DNA of 64,000 nt from Raillietiella orientalis (taxonomy: Eukaryota), in NCBI GenBank assembly GCA_036172245.1, contig JAYWIR010000003.1, forward strand, positions 2,666,001-2,730,000, read 5' to 3'. Below the pieces are notes generated by a model. It saw only the letters and a list, made by a program, of their open reading frames with translations. It searched no databases and was not told the origin of the DNA. This document shows positions 47,939-61,199 of the stretch, piece after piece. Position 1 is the first letter of the stretch. Each line of letters starts with the position of its first letter. The position numbers and the translations under genes were made by a program.

Positions 47939-49800
47939 AGACGACTTCGGGGGAAGGGAAGGAGCACCAGAGAGAAAGGAGTAGGAACGCGTGCTCTTCC
48001 ATCCCTCGGGCGCAGACCCTCGCGAAGACGGCGCTACCGCTGTGCTGGAGAAAACGCGCTCACGGGAGCAGCAGGATTACCGCACTCTCTAGCTCTTCCT
48101 ATAACACACTCCGAGAGAGGGAATTCTTCAGGGAGCGATCGCGCCGGTGGCTCCCTGGTGGCGGCTCAAGGTTCTCGCGAGGCACGCAAAGGCGCATTCG
48201 AGCGGCCTTCCTCCTCTCGGCCGTGGGGACGGCGCCGGAGAGCAAGACAGAAGCCCCCGTCCGCTCATGCGCTCTCTCCGAAGCGACTGCGCCCTCCTCC
48301 CGGCAAACCGAGCGAGGGATAGCGCGAAAGAGGGGCAGAGAGGCAAGGAAAAGAGGGGAGCGAAAGCGGGGAGGAAGCCCCCGCGTGTCTCCCGCGTTCG
48401 CTTCCTCCTCTGGAACGCGCGCGCGTTTTTCCCGGAAGGAACGTCCTCCGCCGCGGGGTGCCTACCGTCCCAGGCGCTCCCGAGCGTCTCATCCAAGGGT
48501 CGAGGTCAGCTCACCTGTCAGGTCCTGCTGGCCTCTTTCCAGGCGAGGTCCCTCTTCGACTTCGCAAGAGTTTTCGCGGCGGCGCTGGCTGAGCCCTCCC
48601 GGAAGTGGCGACCTCGCACGGGGGCTCCAGTGCCGTTCCTCTTCGGCCTCGTGCTGGCGCTCCGCGTGCGCGAGTGTGCGCCCCGCAAGCATCGCGCAGG
48701 CCGCCCGAGTATCCGGGCACTCACGCACGCACGGCGTGCTGCGATTCCCTCCGCCCTTCCCCCTGCTCCGGCGTGGAACCTCATCGACCCAACACGGGAC
48801 ATCTTTTTGACATGCTTGCCGGTACCGTTCTGTTTCCGGCACGTCTCGAGGCACGCATGCCCGCGTGGCACGCTCCGGTCCACTGCGATCCGTGCAGCGT
48901 CCGAGATATATCCTCAGAACTCTTCCCGCAGCGCTCAGTCTCCTATCGACGTCGCAGGAATGGAGACTCCAACTGTCCCAACAGAAGGGAGGTCAGGAAG
49001 GCCTTCCAGCGTCCAGCCCATGCTCCGGAAAGCCTTTCTCCCTCGAAGCGAACGGGAACACACCAGTGATGCCATCAGCTGAGAAACGCTTTCTTCCCCT
49101 TTTTCGGCGGGCGGCACGTGATCGGGAGACCTCGATGTTCCTCACCTCGATCCCAGGTCAACCTTACTCTTCCCAATCGGGGATGCATCCGGCATGACCC
49201 GAAAACGAGCCGTTAGCAGGACTCGCACGAGCCCGACAGTAGGCGCTGACCGGACACTGTGATGATGTGCTATGTCTCCTCCTCCATCGCCCTCATCCCA
49301 AAGGCTTCCAGCATCCAGCAACCGCGCATGTCCGCGTGAATCCACAGCTCCCGCCTGGAGCTTCGTCCACTAGTTCATCCACTGGCGTTCTTGCGTCTCT
49401 CCACGGATACTCGCTTTCCCTTCCGTAGTTCTTTCAAGCATCTTTCGCGGAAAGGAGGAACAAACGGGGTGCAATGCAGATGGCAGTAAGTGGGTGCTCG
49501 GAGATCCTCAAAGAACCACGTCTGCTCTCGAAACGCCGTACTGCTGCCACGAGCCTCTTCCATCCGAATGGTGATGAAACTGCCCGTGAAGATGCCTCTC
49601 GTGTCTCACGTACGCACTCATATGCACACACATACGCGGCATTCACACCGATTGCATTCCCTCTTCGCATCCGTGCCGACCGGACGATCGTCTTCTTGCC
49701 GATAGTGCCCCGGACCACGGGTGCAGTTGATTGGGCCGTGAGAACTGCAGTCTCCTATGGTGTCGGCCAACTGCTTCCATGGGCATCTCTACCGGGCACC
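47630..49800 (+). mobile_element. Degenerate I-clade-like LINE: ORF1 zinc knuckles, ORF2 endonuclease and linker
   Basis: ORF 47630..48322: LCF..G.HTS..CAGFCGQ..GG..C..AWQR (cf. RCFKCQxxGHxSxxC..CAxCG..CGGxH..C..W). ORF 48147..49082: VRFLLWNARAF, LALRVRE, IFLTCLPVP, SPIDVAG. Then VGADR (~49240, cf. GSDH) and linker-like helices to ~49800. Confidence 0.65.
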
Positions 49801-50449
49801 CGCTCGCCTTCCACTTTTCCTTTCCTTAGCCGCTGCAAGGAGCAATAAAGGTCTCGGGGACATGGTAGGGAGGCAATTGAGAATGTAAGTGTCCGCACGG
49901 CCGCCTCTCGCGAAAGACTCTGGAATTTGCCTCCCTTCTGTGCCCCGTTCGCTCTCGCCTCAGTAGTTCCTTCGTGATGACTGAACTTGGGAGAAAAAAA
50001 AAAAAGAATGTGGACCTCCGGCATTGAATTTCAGTTTGCTTTTTCCTTTTTTTTTGCCCTTGATGTCATTTGCAGTCATCGGGCGAAGCATCCCTTAGCT
50101 GATCCTCAGTGGCGACGAAGCACTGCATCGTCTTTAATGTTTTGTTTTTTTGTGTGTTACCATCTAAAGATTTGCTTCGCTTCCCTATTTAAGACGAGGT
50201 TCACATCCTCAACGAAGGGGATTGATTGTTCTGCCGCAAAGCAAAAGACACGTCTTTCTTATTTATGGAAGCAATTGCTTGCTGCCTCAAGTATTCGCTG
50301 GCACTTGCATCGAGAATCGCTACAGAAGGTTTGAGATAACGGAGATGAGTTCTAGTATGCCCCTCGAGCGCTCTTTGCAAGTGGTGTGTGTCAAAGGAAG
50401 AACGTTCGGCATTTATCTTCGGTGGACTTGATGGACAGGACTGCTGCAG

Positions 50450-51330
50450 GGAAGACAGCCGACTTTAGCGCTCCCTCTGGGCGTGGGGGTTCCAAGGGAC
50501 TTGAGGGAGCGTTAAGAGCATCTAAGAAGAACTTTCACGGTGGTCAAAAGCTCTCACGCCAGCCATCGTGCAGGTCGCAAAAGTTTGACTCTTATTGTCG
50601 AAGACATTCCGTTCAAAGGCATTCAACGTCTTGTCTTCTGGTTTCTTCACAGATGGAATTAACTAATGTGGCTGCGGATCTAGGCACCAAGTTCTTGGGT
50701 CGGTAATTTTTCATAAGAAACCTTCTGATGGCGATGTGCCATCACCACCCGTTACATCACTCTCCTGTGTCTCCAGAGTGGAAGAATCGAACATAGCAGC
50801 AAATTTGGAATTTCCAGAGGAGGATCCCAAATGCAGGAACGAATTCCTCACCAGAAGAAAACCGCGCTGCAAGTGCCTACCGGAATGAATAGGGAACCGG
50901 TGGTGTTTTGGTTTTGGAATATTGAGCGCTGGAAATGATGACGAGAGTTTCAAGTGCGATCTTCTGCCATTTGGCTTACACCGAAGGTTTCCAACTTCCC
51001 CTACCAAATTGCAAACTCGAAAGAGGTGTATGATCTTTTCATCAGCTGCTTTCTCATCCTGCACTCTAGGACGCTTTGCTTTCTTGCGGAGGAGAGCGAC
51101 TTGGACTCAAATAGGCACTTGGATGGCACAGTACATGCCGAACCCCTTCCAAAAGTTGCAGTCGCCCACGAGAGTTCCGTGGTTCTCAGGCAAAAGTTTC
51201 AAGGCTCTCAAGCGCGACTCCCCTTCCCCAGAGCAATCATCAGGTCCAAGTCACGTACCCTTTGCTCTCTTCTGTCCTTCAGTCGAGAGCAATGGTGGAA
51301 ACTTTTATAACTCTCAACGGATGCTGCCTT
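50450..51330 (+). mobile_element. Degenerate Ty3/gypsy RT fragment
   Basis: SGRI..KF (~50777), ASAY (~50869), FKCDLLPFGL..TSP (~50950), FLILHSRTL (YxDD region decayed, ~51050), KVAVAHESSVVL (~51152). Confidence 0.5.
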
Positions 51331-51699
51331 AATTACCTGGAGGAGTGACGTAATCAAGAACTAGTAAAAAGGAATTCCTTTGGTGTTGTCTCGCAAAGCA
51401 ACGGAACGGAAAAGGCCAAAAAAAAGCTCCTTTTAGAAAATTTGCGCATCTCCTGAAGAGTGTAAGGTTTCTTGAGAGAACCGACTGCGCCCTATACCTT
51501 GCGATTCACACAAAGAACATGCAATAAGAAAGCTCTCATATTAGCACGTCGCCATGGCAGAGATTGGAGCAGTAAGCGAGTATGTACAGGGGCTCCCAGG
51601 TGCGAAAATCGAAAGAAACAGTTGTCGTGTATGAAGAAACACATACGGTCCTCAGAGTTGCTCTTATTTTTTCAATCGAATGAACTGTATAGACGGCTT

Positions 51700-52300
51700 C
51701 TCAGAAACTAGAGTGTACAAGCATCGCGCCTTGGGATCTCAAGCGGTTTATTCACTATCGATTCACTGCCGGCGGGACGTTTCGGAGAGATCACGAAACG
51801 AACCCATCTATGGGTAGTCTGGATGGTTTCGAGCTTGGGGCAAGATGGATTTCTTCGGGTGCTAAGCAACGAGTATGACAATCGGAGGGGACAAGATTTG
51901 AGGAAGGAACGGAAGCAAAGAGAGACCGAAGCCACGAGTGGTGTTGCGTGTGCCATGGGTGATTCCCACTCCGACATGAGTGGCAAGAGGTGAGGAATGG
52001 AGAACAAACTGGTCCTTTGATCAAAAGCCGAGTGGACCTCTGCGAGTTGCTTCAGGAGTCCGCAGCAAATGCCCGAAAGTTCAGCCCCGAGTTGTTGGGC
52101 TCAGCTTGTAGAGAGCGGTTCTTCTTGTGAGCACGTGAAGGTGACCAGAAGACTTCTCTCTCTGCTTTTGAAAGTTTCCAAAGCTCAGAAAGAGAGTCGT
52201 CCATTTCTGCCCCATGCAGCTTCCAGCGAACCTCGCGACAAACCTGTTTCATTTTGCATTCTGCTCCGGGCGTTACCACGAAACGAAACTTTCGGGGCGG
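51700..52300 (-). mobile_element. Degenerate CR1-like LINE post-RT fragment
   Basis: ECKMKQVCR..WKLHGAEM (ORF 52052..52279) and FRSFLKS..LSY..NP..KLETIQ..RFV (ORF 51708..52007). Confidence 0.45.
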
Positions 52301-52519
52301 AAGATTCTTCTACAAAAAGCAGAAGGATGAACAAGGAAACTCGTAGGAGAGCAAAACGAATTGGTCAGAAAAATTTCATTCTGGTTAAATGATATGGAAA
52401 TCGGACGATGGGTGTCCTCCAAGAAAATGTCCATGAGTCTGCAACACTTGTGACGGGCAGAATAAGGCAACAGATGGCATGAGCACACTCTTGCGCGCAC
52501 CTTCTAGCCACCTTCTTCT

Positions 52520-53180
52520 GCCACTTTGAAACGGACTGTAGAAAAGTGGCAGCTGTTATGCAGCCGTGGTTGTTACAAAAGAACCAAAGTTAATTCATAC
52601 CGAAGAGAGCACTGCTTTTGATATTCAGAGTATGTGAAAACTTCGCTGAAAACCTACGATCCCATGGCATGGGGTACAGCAAATTTCGAGCATTTCGAAT
52701 ACCAGCAACAATTCAAATACAGCAATTGCCTATTCTTCAGAGCGACTCGACTGTATTGTACTAGTCGAAAATCACGTGAGGATTAGAGGAACCCAAGAGA
52801 GAAATTTCTGCTCTCGAATGAGTTTGGCGCACTGTGATGTCACTTCGGAAGTGATCTTGTTCCTCTTCCGAAGAAATGATCCTCGCCACGATAAATCAGA
52901 CTTGCGTCTTTGAGATTACAGTGCAATTCACATTGCTTAAGAGGCGGCGGTTGCATAAAATCTTTCGCACAAATAAAGAAGCACGAATCAAGGGAAGCCT
53001 GACGAATGATTACGAGCAGGATGCGCTCATATATGAGATTTCCCAACGTGTGATGCGAATCGAGCATCCCCGCGAGCACAACGTCACGTCGGAGGATAGA
53101 AGCAGAATGAAAAACGACCTTACACACGGTGGATTTAAAACACGATTGATGACGAGTTGGAGGAGGTAAAAAAAAAAAAA
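52520..53180 (+). mobile_element. Degenerate CR1-like LINE 3' end
   Basis: HFETDCRK (~52522), TSLKTY..HFEY (~52640-52702), RRRLHKI, RMKNDLTHGGFKTRLMTSW (cf. RxxxDxRKxFFSxRVVNxWN). An A run follows at 53168-53180. Confidence 0.45.
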
Positions 53181-53279
53181 CTGGAGGCAAACACTTCTGA
53201 GCACTGGAGGCTCAGTAGAGCGGAATTCTAAAATTCATAATTCATTATGATGTTTCCCACTATCGCCATTCGGAGCAGT

Positions 53280-53650
53280 GAAAGTGAAATTCTTTCTTCA
53301 TCTAAGCAGGATACTTGTCGTGGAAGAACAGGACCAATTTACTTGTAATCGCGTCATGTTTTGCTTTGGAAATAAAAAACCCATTTTCCGGGAGATACGC
53401 AGTAGATCATACAAGGATTGCTCTCGAAAATACAGATGTTTGGATTGGAGGCGAGCAGTACAAAATATACAAAGGCAGTACGATGTAGGAGGGATCCACC
53501 ACACTTGGGATGTTGAAATGGTCGTTTTTGCTCCTCAGCGTGTTCGCATCCCGGGTATCTTTTGCACGACTTCCCCTTTAACAAATGAGAATGTTCTTAC
53601 TAATGATTTCCGGCAGTTAAAGTGAACTTTAGATTCGTAGGCCCAAGGAA
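53280..53650 (+). mobile_element. Degenerate CR1-like LINE RT core fragment
   Basis: ORF 53278..53625: FCFGNKKPIFREIRS..DC..LD (cf. LFADDTKIFREIxS..DC..LQxDLD), followed by FRFVG (~53627). Confidence 0.45.
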
Positions 53651-53689
53651 ACCCAGTTTCCTCGATCTGCACCCATATCTCTATCAGCG

Positions 53690-55000
53690 TGGGTGTTCAA
53701 CCGATAGGTAGAACTCCTCCTCTACGAGAGTGCAAGGTGTTCGCCAAAGTCCCACAGCTCAGGCAAGAAGATGATCTTGCCTATGTCGTTATGGAATCAT
53801 TAGGAAAAACGCTTCGCATTTCCTATTCCCAAGTGTTTCTCTCCCTACTATCGAAATGTTTACTGCTTTCGCTTGTCTCCTCACTCTAATTGGGAAGAAC
53901 GGCGGTGCGTAGTCACTCAGTCAAAGAGCAGCTGCTCCTCAGGCATGTTTCCCGCCTTTCAGCTTTTCCGAAAAGCTCACCATGTGATGCGCACAGACAA
54001 ACAAATGGTCATCTTGCTAAAAACACTCCAATGGATATTTGCAAAAATGTAACGATAGGTTTCCTGTTCCACCGCGCACAGGAAGTCGCTGGGCCGTTTA
54101 CCCCTTTAGCTTCAATAAGTAGGTGCTCTCAACCTTGTTACTTTACTCTACGATCTCAGGCTGTTTCCCTGCTGATGACGCCTCTCGTGCACATCATTTG
54201 TTCTTTGCTATCATCCTTTTCCCGGAGTGAATGAGAGAAAAATCGACAATCGTATTTCACTGAATGCAAGATTTGTAGCCTCGATGAAACCCTTCGCCGC
54301 TTCAAATTTTGCAAAGCTTCGAACATGAGCGATTTTTTTTTTTTTATGCTAATACTTCATCTCACACAGACTCACCTGTATTTACCAGGGAAATCCCCTT
54401 CTCTTCGTCCGGCTCCTCCAGCGGTTTGGAATGCTCCTGGCTCATAATCCCCTCTCACAGTTCTTCCTCAGCTGATGGCGTCCTCAAACTCAGATTATCT
54501 TTCGAGCATTAATTTCTCGACCGCGTACTGTCCAAATGAAAATACAACGTGCAAATCTGATCCTAGGTACTGAGACTGGAGGATACGTTCTTCCCATGAT
54601 GCCGGACTACATGATTGGATGTTTCACTTTCTTGGACGAAATGGGTGGTGATTGCGAAACCGCTGACTGCAGTTTCATGTGCGCTCATGAACACACACGG
54701 TGTCTCGGATCCGAAATCGGCGCTCCTGCAACGGGTGTGCTCAGTCATCCTTCACGAAATGACAGGATGGACGGATGCACCTCCTGATGACCGCTGCCCT
54801 CTCTTCCTCCTGCCGCAGATTTTCCCGTTCGTGCCCAAAGCTCGATGCAAGGGAGAACGATCGTGTGACTTCGCAGGACTTTGGCGGAGGGGATTTGGCG
54901 CAGCTTTCATATTCCGTAGGAAGGTTCTGTCGCAATTCGTTCGCAATCGTTTGCTCATCCCGAGGGCGTGGACGAGCCACCCTGGTTCGATCGTCCTGCG
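53690..55000 (+). mobile_element. Degenerate CR1/L2-group (Crack/Daphne-like) LINE RT and 3' region
   Basis: GRTP..K.FAKV..L (~53707), LSLLSK, KNVTIGFLF (~54043), FFFYAN. ORF 54615..55244 has LDVSLSWTKWV.IAKPLTAVSCAL..VSDPKSALL..QIF..KA..RSC..FIF..FVRN. Confidence 0.65.
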
Positions 55001-56199
55001 CCAGTCGCAGTCCACCAGAGTTTTTCACTTTGCTCAATATGGAGAACGAAACTTGAAAAAGCAGCTGCAGAAACTCAGAAAGGAGTTTGCGTGTTTTCCT
55101 TTTCAAAGTTCGGGCATTTTCGATTGGGAAACTCCGTTTGCTTACTACGAAAACTCAGTGGCGTTCACAGGCCTTTGGTTTCGGGGCGGCTCCACTTTTG
55201 GGATGGGATTTCCATCGAGGTGCGAGTGCTTGCTGCCCTCTTAAGCGCGTCCAGGCTGTTGCCGTTGGTCTCCCACAAAAGGCTTCCTCTGTTCTTCTTC
55301 CCATAACGTTTCCCGCTACTCCTCGAAGATTCTACTCGTCTCTACTTCTACGCCCGCCGAGAATTCAGAGCCAAAGAATGAAAAATGGAGCTTTTTGGAA
55401 TGCTGGTTTGGGGGGGATGCATGGGACGAGAATGCAACTACACTTTTGGAATTTCGCTTCCTCGTTTCGATATCTTTCCGCTCCTGCCTTTCGGATAAAG
55501 GACACGTGCAGTAAATAAGGGACATGCGAGGGCAACGGATGGAAACTCCTTCTCTGAAACTCCCACACATTACTCAGGTTGACGCCTCTAACGTGGATCC
55601 ACTGAGAAATGCGAATGCTTCACATGCTGTTTGAAGGACGTAGGAGACACTTCTTATCTCTGAACTCGCTGGTTTAATTTTATTATTGCAATAACTTGCA
55701 GCGGTTTTGATAATCCTTCTTCGTAATCTGCTTAACAAAAGAAATGACCTTCTGTACGCAATTCCCATGCACCAAAAAAGATCATGCCATAATTCTATAA
55801 TTTTGCATCGCAGAGTTTTTATTATATTTTGCTAATCACGACATGTGTCAGTAGCTGTGAATAATGGAGCCGTTTCAAAATCTCGTGTTTGAATAATTCA
55901 TGGGTAACCTAGTTACCCTCATCAGAGCAGAAGATATTAGTAAAACATCTGAATCATTTTGTCCTTTTTCCTTCCTTCTGATTGGTTCCCAGAGAAAAGT
56001 TTCTTTTTTCTTCTTTCTCTGGAAAGGGGGAGTGAAATAAGGAATGAAAGGTAAAGCGGGAGTTCTTATGACTTGAAGCAATAAAGATAAGAGGCAAATT
56101 GCCCTTCGTGGAAGCCTCATTCTCAGGAAGGGAACTTCGAATTTCAAAGAAGCTTGCACCCGAGACAAAAGAGTAGCTGGAAGAGAGGAATGGGAGGCC

Positions 56200-57090
56200 T
56201 CAACCGCTGGAAACACATCGCATGCTTGAGCATTCGGCATGTCAGGCGAAGGAGTTCCCTTGGTCCAGCTGCACGTCGCAGGTCTCGTCACGATCAGCTG
56301 AGCGTCATCGGTTCCAGAATCGCTGGAAGTTCTCCTTGTGCCACCTTCCTAGGGAGCAGCATATGGGAACTCCCATATCCGGAAATCCACGCGTCCACTT
56401 GCTTGCCTGATCTGTCTCTCTGAGTTCCCACTGACGTGAGGTATTGGAATGTTTGCAAAACAAGCGCTCTTCTTCCGAAGCGTGCCTAAGAACCTCGACT
56501 TCGAGAAGAACGATTCCCTGAGCATCCTCATGGTAACGTCATGACTTCCTCTCTATCTCATTGGTGTGCAGGATACGAAAACGTGGAAGCTTGCGATTCG
56601 GATGCTTGCAGAAATACACGTTCTCATCTCATGGCGCCGCTGCCTCTGTTTCCACCGTGACGGGGCAAGAAGCGATGTGAAAAGACTGCGACGCCTTCCG
56701 TGCTGCATGGCTCCCTGCAGACCAACGCTTTTTTTTCCACATCGGGGGGAGAGCTCCCCGTGTGAGAGGGCGTGATGCAGGATTTGCGTCTCGTGAAGAG
56801 AACTTTGGCGCTGAGCGTCCCGGCAAACGAAGGAACGGGACAGGAATGGGCAGATCGCGGACAAGTGAACAGTAGGCGCAAAAGCAACGTGACTTTTGTG
56901 GATTCTGGGAGATTCGCTTCTTGGCAAGAAGAGGCTTTTGCGGTTTGGTCGCAAACGCACAGACAAACACTTTGAAATTGCTGATGAGCTCCCGGATATG
57001 CTGAACGCATCTGCAGATGAATTTGGTCTACGTACACCGCGAGCACCACTCGAAGACGAAAAAGGCGGCAGTGCGAGGAAACAAAGCCTT
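56200..57090 (+). mobile_element. Degenerate IS630-Tc1-mariner transposase (type with WIGR..WPxRSPDLTPLDF catalytic region), most of the coding region
   Basis: SIR.., LPYPEIH, LICLSE..GMFAKQ..KN..SL..VTS* in one frame (56407-56545, cf. ILFSDE..GYVNKQ..ENP..PL..VTVW), CFHRDGA (~56647), WADRGQVN..SNVTFVD (~56847-56903), EIADELPDML..F.LR..GG (56974-57070). Confidence 0.7.
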
Positions 57091-57249
57091 CGCTTCTCTC
57101 AATCTACCAACAGATCAAAACTTTTTGAGCAGCAAAGGGAAGTAATCAGCTGACAGATTTCGAGAGACAGATTGAACTCCACCCCTATCAATGCAGCACG
57201 ATGCACAGAATCCAAAGTCACTATGAAGTGTGGAAAGCGATTCTTAGAG

Positions 57250-57970
57250 CTTTAGGTTTTGGAAAACAGAAGCACTCCCTCAACACTAGGTGTCTTCTTG
57301 GGCAATGGCAGCATGCCTGTTCGCATTCTGCTCTCAGGACCCGTTCATTTCCTTGGACTTCGCGAATACGACTGACTGATGCTGAAATCAGCCTCCGACC
57401 CATAGTTGCAATTCTTCACCTCACGCTCGATGCACGGAATTTAAGTGAGCTCTGTAAATGCCAGAGCCATTCAGTAATTTTTCCAGTTTATTAATCAGCC
57501 CATTGATTGGACCTTTCGTTGGGATTGCTGATACCGCATCTTCCTTTGCAACGTTGACAAAAAAAAGCTAAGGTTTTACTCCTTTGAGGATAAGCTCGCG
57601 ATGAAGATCCAGCCGTGTTCTGTCGAGCAAAATATGTTTTTGGTCCCGGAGGCAATGAACCTAAATAGAAGGCGTCGCCTCAAGTGGAATCGGACAGTGC
57701 GCATCCCGTGAGAGTGGTTGCGAGTACTTGCGGTCCAGAGACAGAGTACACGACCAATCATCGTTAGAGCCGATTTCCGCGTGCCACCAGCTCGAAAAGC
57801 AGGGGAATCTGCAGAGCTCAATCCGTTGCTTGCATTTCCTCCATGCATTCGCGCGTCCACAGCCCAAAATCCTTTGCTGATCCGCGATTCCTCGCCATAT
57901 TCAGCATCCATCATGCAGAGCTTGAACTTTGATGACAGTTATTCGATTTCACCAATTATTGGTAATGGAT
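57250..57970 (+). mobile_element. Degenerate LINE AP-endonuclease
   Basis: HSLNTRCLL (~57273), W..LTDAEISL (~57354-57395), PIIVRADFRVP (~57754, cf. IIxGDFNxP), R..P.SASIM (~57884). Confidence 0.5.
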
Positions 57971-58319
57971 AAGGTCAATCAGAAAATTTTGATTCACTAC
58001 CAAGGATTAAGGCAAAGGCTGTTGTACGGCGACACCAAAGTGTCTATATTTGCGTTTATGTCCTTGCTTCATTCAGCCTCCCACTTGAATTGATTCCATT
58101 TCTCCTTAGACCGGACTTTGCGACTTGAGCACCTAGTTTGATCAAATTGTAATTTTTTTTGTTTTGTACTTTGGTTATAGAACTCATTTTTTATAAGCAG
58201 TTTACAGAACAATCACGTTGTAGAGAGTGTGTGTACCTATTTCCTTTCTGCGGCTTTTATTATAGAGTGCGATTATTTACTTCTGTTCCTGAGCGTCCAA
58301 GGCAACCGAGCTTTTCCGT

Positions 58320-59250
58320 GAAGTAGTTTTCCTTAAATTGTGTTCCCATAAATACTCAGAGGGAATGCGCCTGTTCCCTCGTGAGCACCTTGAACCTCTT
58401 TTCGAGAATCGTCCAGTGCTTTCTCAAAGCAAGTGATGTTTTTGTGAGAGACCAATGTGCTGCACAAGTTCCTTTGCTAACTGAGAAGGCCGATTCTCTT
58501 TTTCCTCTTCTTGAAACTCGAATCGCTAGACACAGGTTTCCAACGATACCAACGAGTTTTTTCTGTCTGAGTCTTCCTGAAATGCTCAATTGAAGAAATG
58601 CGTCTTCTTTCCATGTGTCCTTGACTCGACCTACTCAGCTTGGCACTTGGCGAGTTTCGAGTGTGTACTTTCCTGCGCACTACACGAAGTCCTCAAACCC
58701 TTCCACTAATGGGAGGTTTGTGCATACTTCACGCATGTGTTATTATTATTGTTTTTCAATCACAGGAGTAAAAATTGCTGCAAGTGCAAAGCTCGGAACC
58801 GTAGGTGGTTTGGGTGTGACACAGCGAGGTCTTACGAAAAATGGATTCGTTTCTAATGGCCTCTTTCCTCATTAGAAATGTCGAATTTATTAGCTGCTCA
58901 CATCAATTCAATGCTGATGGCAGTTTTCTTTTTTTGTTTACTTTGATTAAAAGAGGCATTTACTTCCAGAAATGTTACAAGGTCCGACCTGGATTCTTGT
59001 GAGGCAGGAGCAACGCTGCAGCTCTTCGTCAAAGCAACTCTTCAGCGCAGTGTTTTGCAACTTTCCGACTTCGCTTCCAATAAATCCACTGCATGCACAG
59101 GCTGAAAGAGAGGCAACCCATCTCTTGTGGTCTCCAAGGTAGCGAATTCGAAATTTCGAGTGATTGCCGTTTCGGGCGATGGCCGCTGCAGTCTACTGCT
59201 CGTGGGCTGATTTGAATTTCCTTGGATACGGAAGTGGGACAGACGCTCGG
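58320..59250 (-). mobile_element. Degenerate RTE-like LINE RT
   Basis: Minus strand: LLPHK (~59005), ESIFRKTSLCHTQ (cf. QxGFRKGRSCxDQ, ~58840), REVCTNLPLVEGFEDF (cf. REYNxPLxxxFIDF, ~58710), IRV..GK..SAFSVSKG (~58490), SIYGNT (cf. YADD, ~58345). Confidence 0.6.
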
Positions 59251-59979
59251 ATTCCTTGGGATTCACTTAGCAGAGTCGTCCACGATGCAATCGGAATTCC
59301 GTGAATGCCCGGGGCGAAGATCGTCCTGCTGGCAGGAAGTTTTCGTCCTCGAGTCCTCGACGAACCTAGTATTCGTGCAACCATGTGAACTATAGGAGAC
59401 ATTTTGCCTTCCCCGTTTCTGGATGGTTCAAGAATGACTAGGAATAATAAATTTGGAAGTTTTTGCTTCTCTGCTGATACCTAACTAACTTGAGCTTGAA
59501 TATTCCTTAATAATTCACACCGTATGTTATTACCTTCATCTCATTCTGTGCTTTCACTAGTAAATATTCAAGTGGAGGAAATTGTGCAAGCTAAATAACA
59601 TATTTCACTGGGTATTTGCTATTGAGCTTAAAGAGGAACTTTCTATATGTCAACACGTAAAAGCAGAGGCGATCACAACAGAGAGTTTGATCACGACATT
59701 TGGGAATTTGTAGCGCTAGAAAGTGTTGGAATTTCTCTATTGGAGTAGAAAGTGCATTTCCATTCTTTTTCGCGCGATTGGCATCACGTTTGGGAAGAAA
59801 GAAGATCATTCTGGGTTGTAAGAATCCCTTGGCACCCCAAACACGGACACTTTCGAGAAGCAAGCAGCAAGCTGGAAAACAACGAGGAATGCCCTGTGGT
59901 TATTACCTTTTCCTACAATCCCTCATTATCATACCCTCAGCATTGCACTAAATCTGTGACTCCACGGATCTTATAGAAA

Positions 59980-60330
59980 ACGCATTCCACAGAACGTTGT
60001 AAAATCAGTTAGACGTTGAAGAAATACCGTTCATTGCAATCTTGCGAAGTCGCACTTAAACGGATGCCAGGTCTGGGAACGAAAAAGGAACTTGGATTTC
60101 AGTGAATTCCAAATCGATCGTTACATCTAAGGAATTCATTTAAATAGCCGGGACAAATGCAGCTCACTCCCGTATGACGCTGATCCGTACGTGGAGGCGG
60201 CGAAGAGATGACGTCGGTCTTCGTACAACACGTTAAGGCAGTGGGGATGAATTCAATTTTTGGCAGTAAAGTGTTGGCCCAGATGTTTTGAAAAGACCGC
60301 GAAGACATGATTGGATTAAGATGGTTTTTT
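59980..60330 (-). mobile_element. Degenerate Tc1-like transposase fragment
   Basis: Minus strand IMSSRSFQNIWANTLLP (cf. xMDSxxYQNILENxLLP), DQRHT (cf. DPKHT), FPDLASV* (cf. SPDLNPIE, ~60070). Confidence 0.45.
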
Positions 60331-61199
60331 TTTTCCCCCCCCCTTTGCTTTTCTTTTTTTTTTTTCCATTTCAAGCTTTTGAAAGAATTCTGTTTTTAGC
60401 AGCTTGGATTTTCTTGAATAACACAGCGCAAGATACGTTTCTCAAGAACAAGGATGAAAGAGAGGCCAAAGAAGTGTTCCGATTTAGTAAACGTTACGAA
60501 AACTCGAAGAGTTTCTTTTCTTCCCTCACAATGAAAATGAGAATAAATGCTTTGATTTTTTTTTCTTTTTGTTTTCAAGTGAAACATGAAAAGGTTGCCG
60601 TGACCTCTCCTGACACATTCTACATCTCCTGTGGATCTGGATCCATATTCTGGATTTGTGTAACTCGGAAGGCTCGTTTGGCGCGAATTTGCATAACGCA
60701 GGACCTAAGCAATCTAGAAAATTATCAAGTTCAGTAGGTCGCCTGTTATACCAGGACCTGCTTAATCCTTTTGGTGATCCTGTTGATCCAAAAGTGAGCA
60801 TTCCTGCGTGTGTCCCAAGTACTGAGACCTTGAATGAACCGAGCGAAGTACCTCTGTTCAAAGAAGCTCAGAACGAAGTTCTGACTTGCTAAGTTTCGAA
60901 TGGTGACCAGGAAACGCAATTTGCCAGATACCCCCGAGCCCCTTTCCTAGACTTAGGGTGATGCTCTCAGGCCCCATGAACTGAAGGATTCGGACTCCAG
61001 GTCTCGTCGTCTAAGTACTGACCAAATGCGAAGAAACGCTTCAAAGTCTTTTTTTCTCTAAAAAGCGTGGTCTGCGTACGCGCAAAATCGAGGGCTGCGT
61101 TTCTTTGCACGGCTTACTCAGAGCGGTGCTCCCTATGAGTAAACTCGAAAGTGGAGCTCATGAGAAACTATAAATAACTCCCAATGGGCTTTAGCAAAC

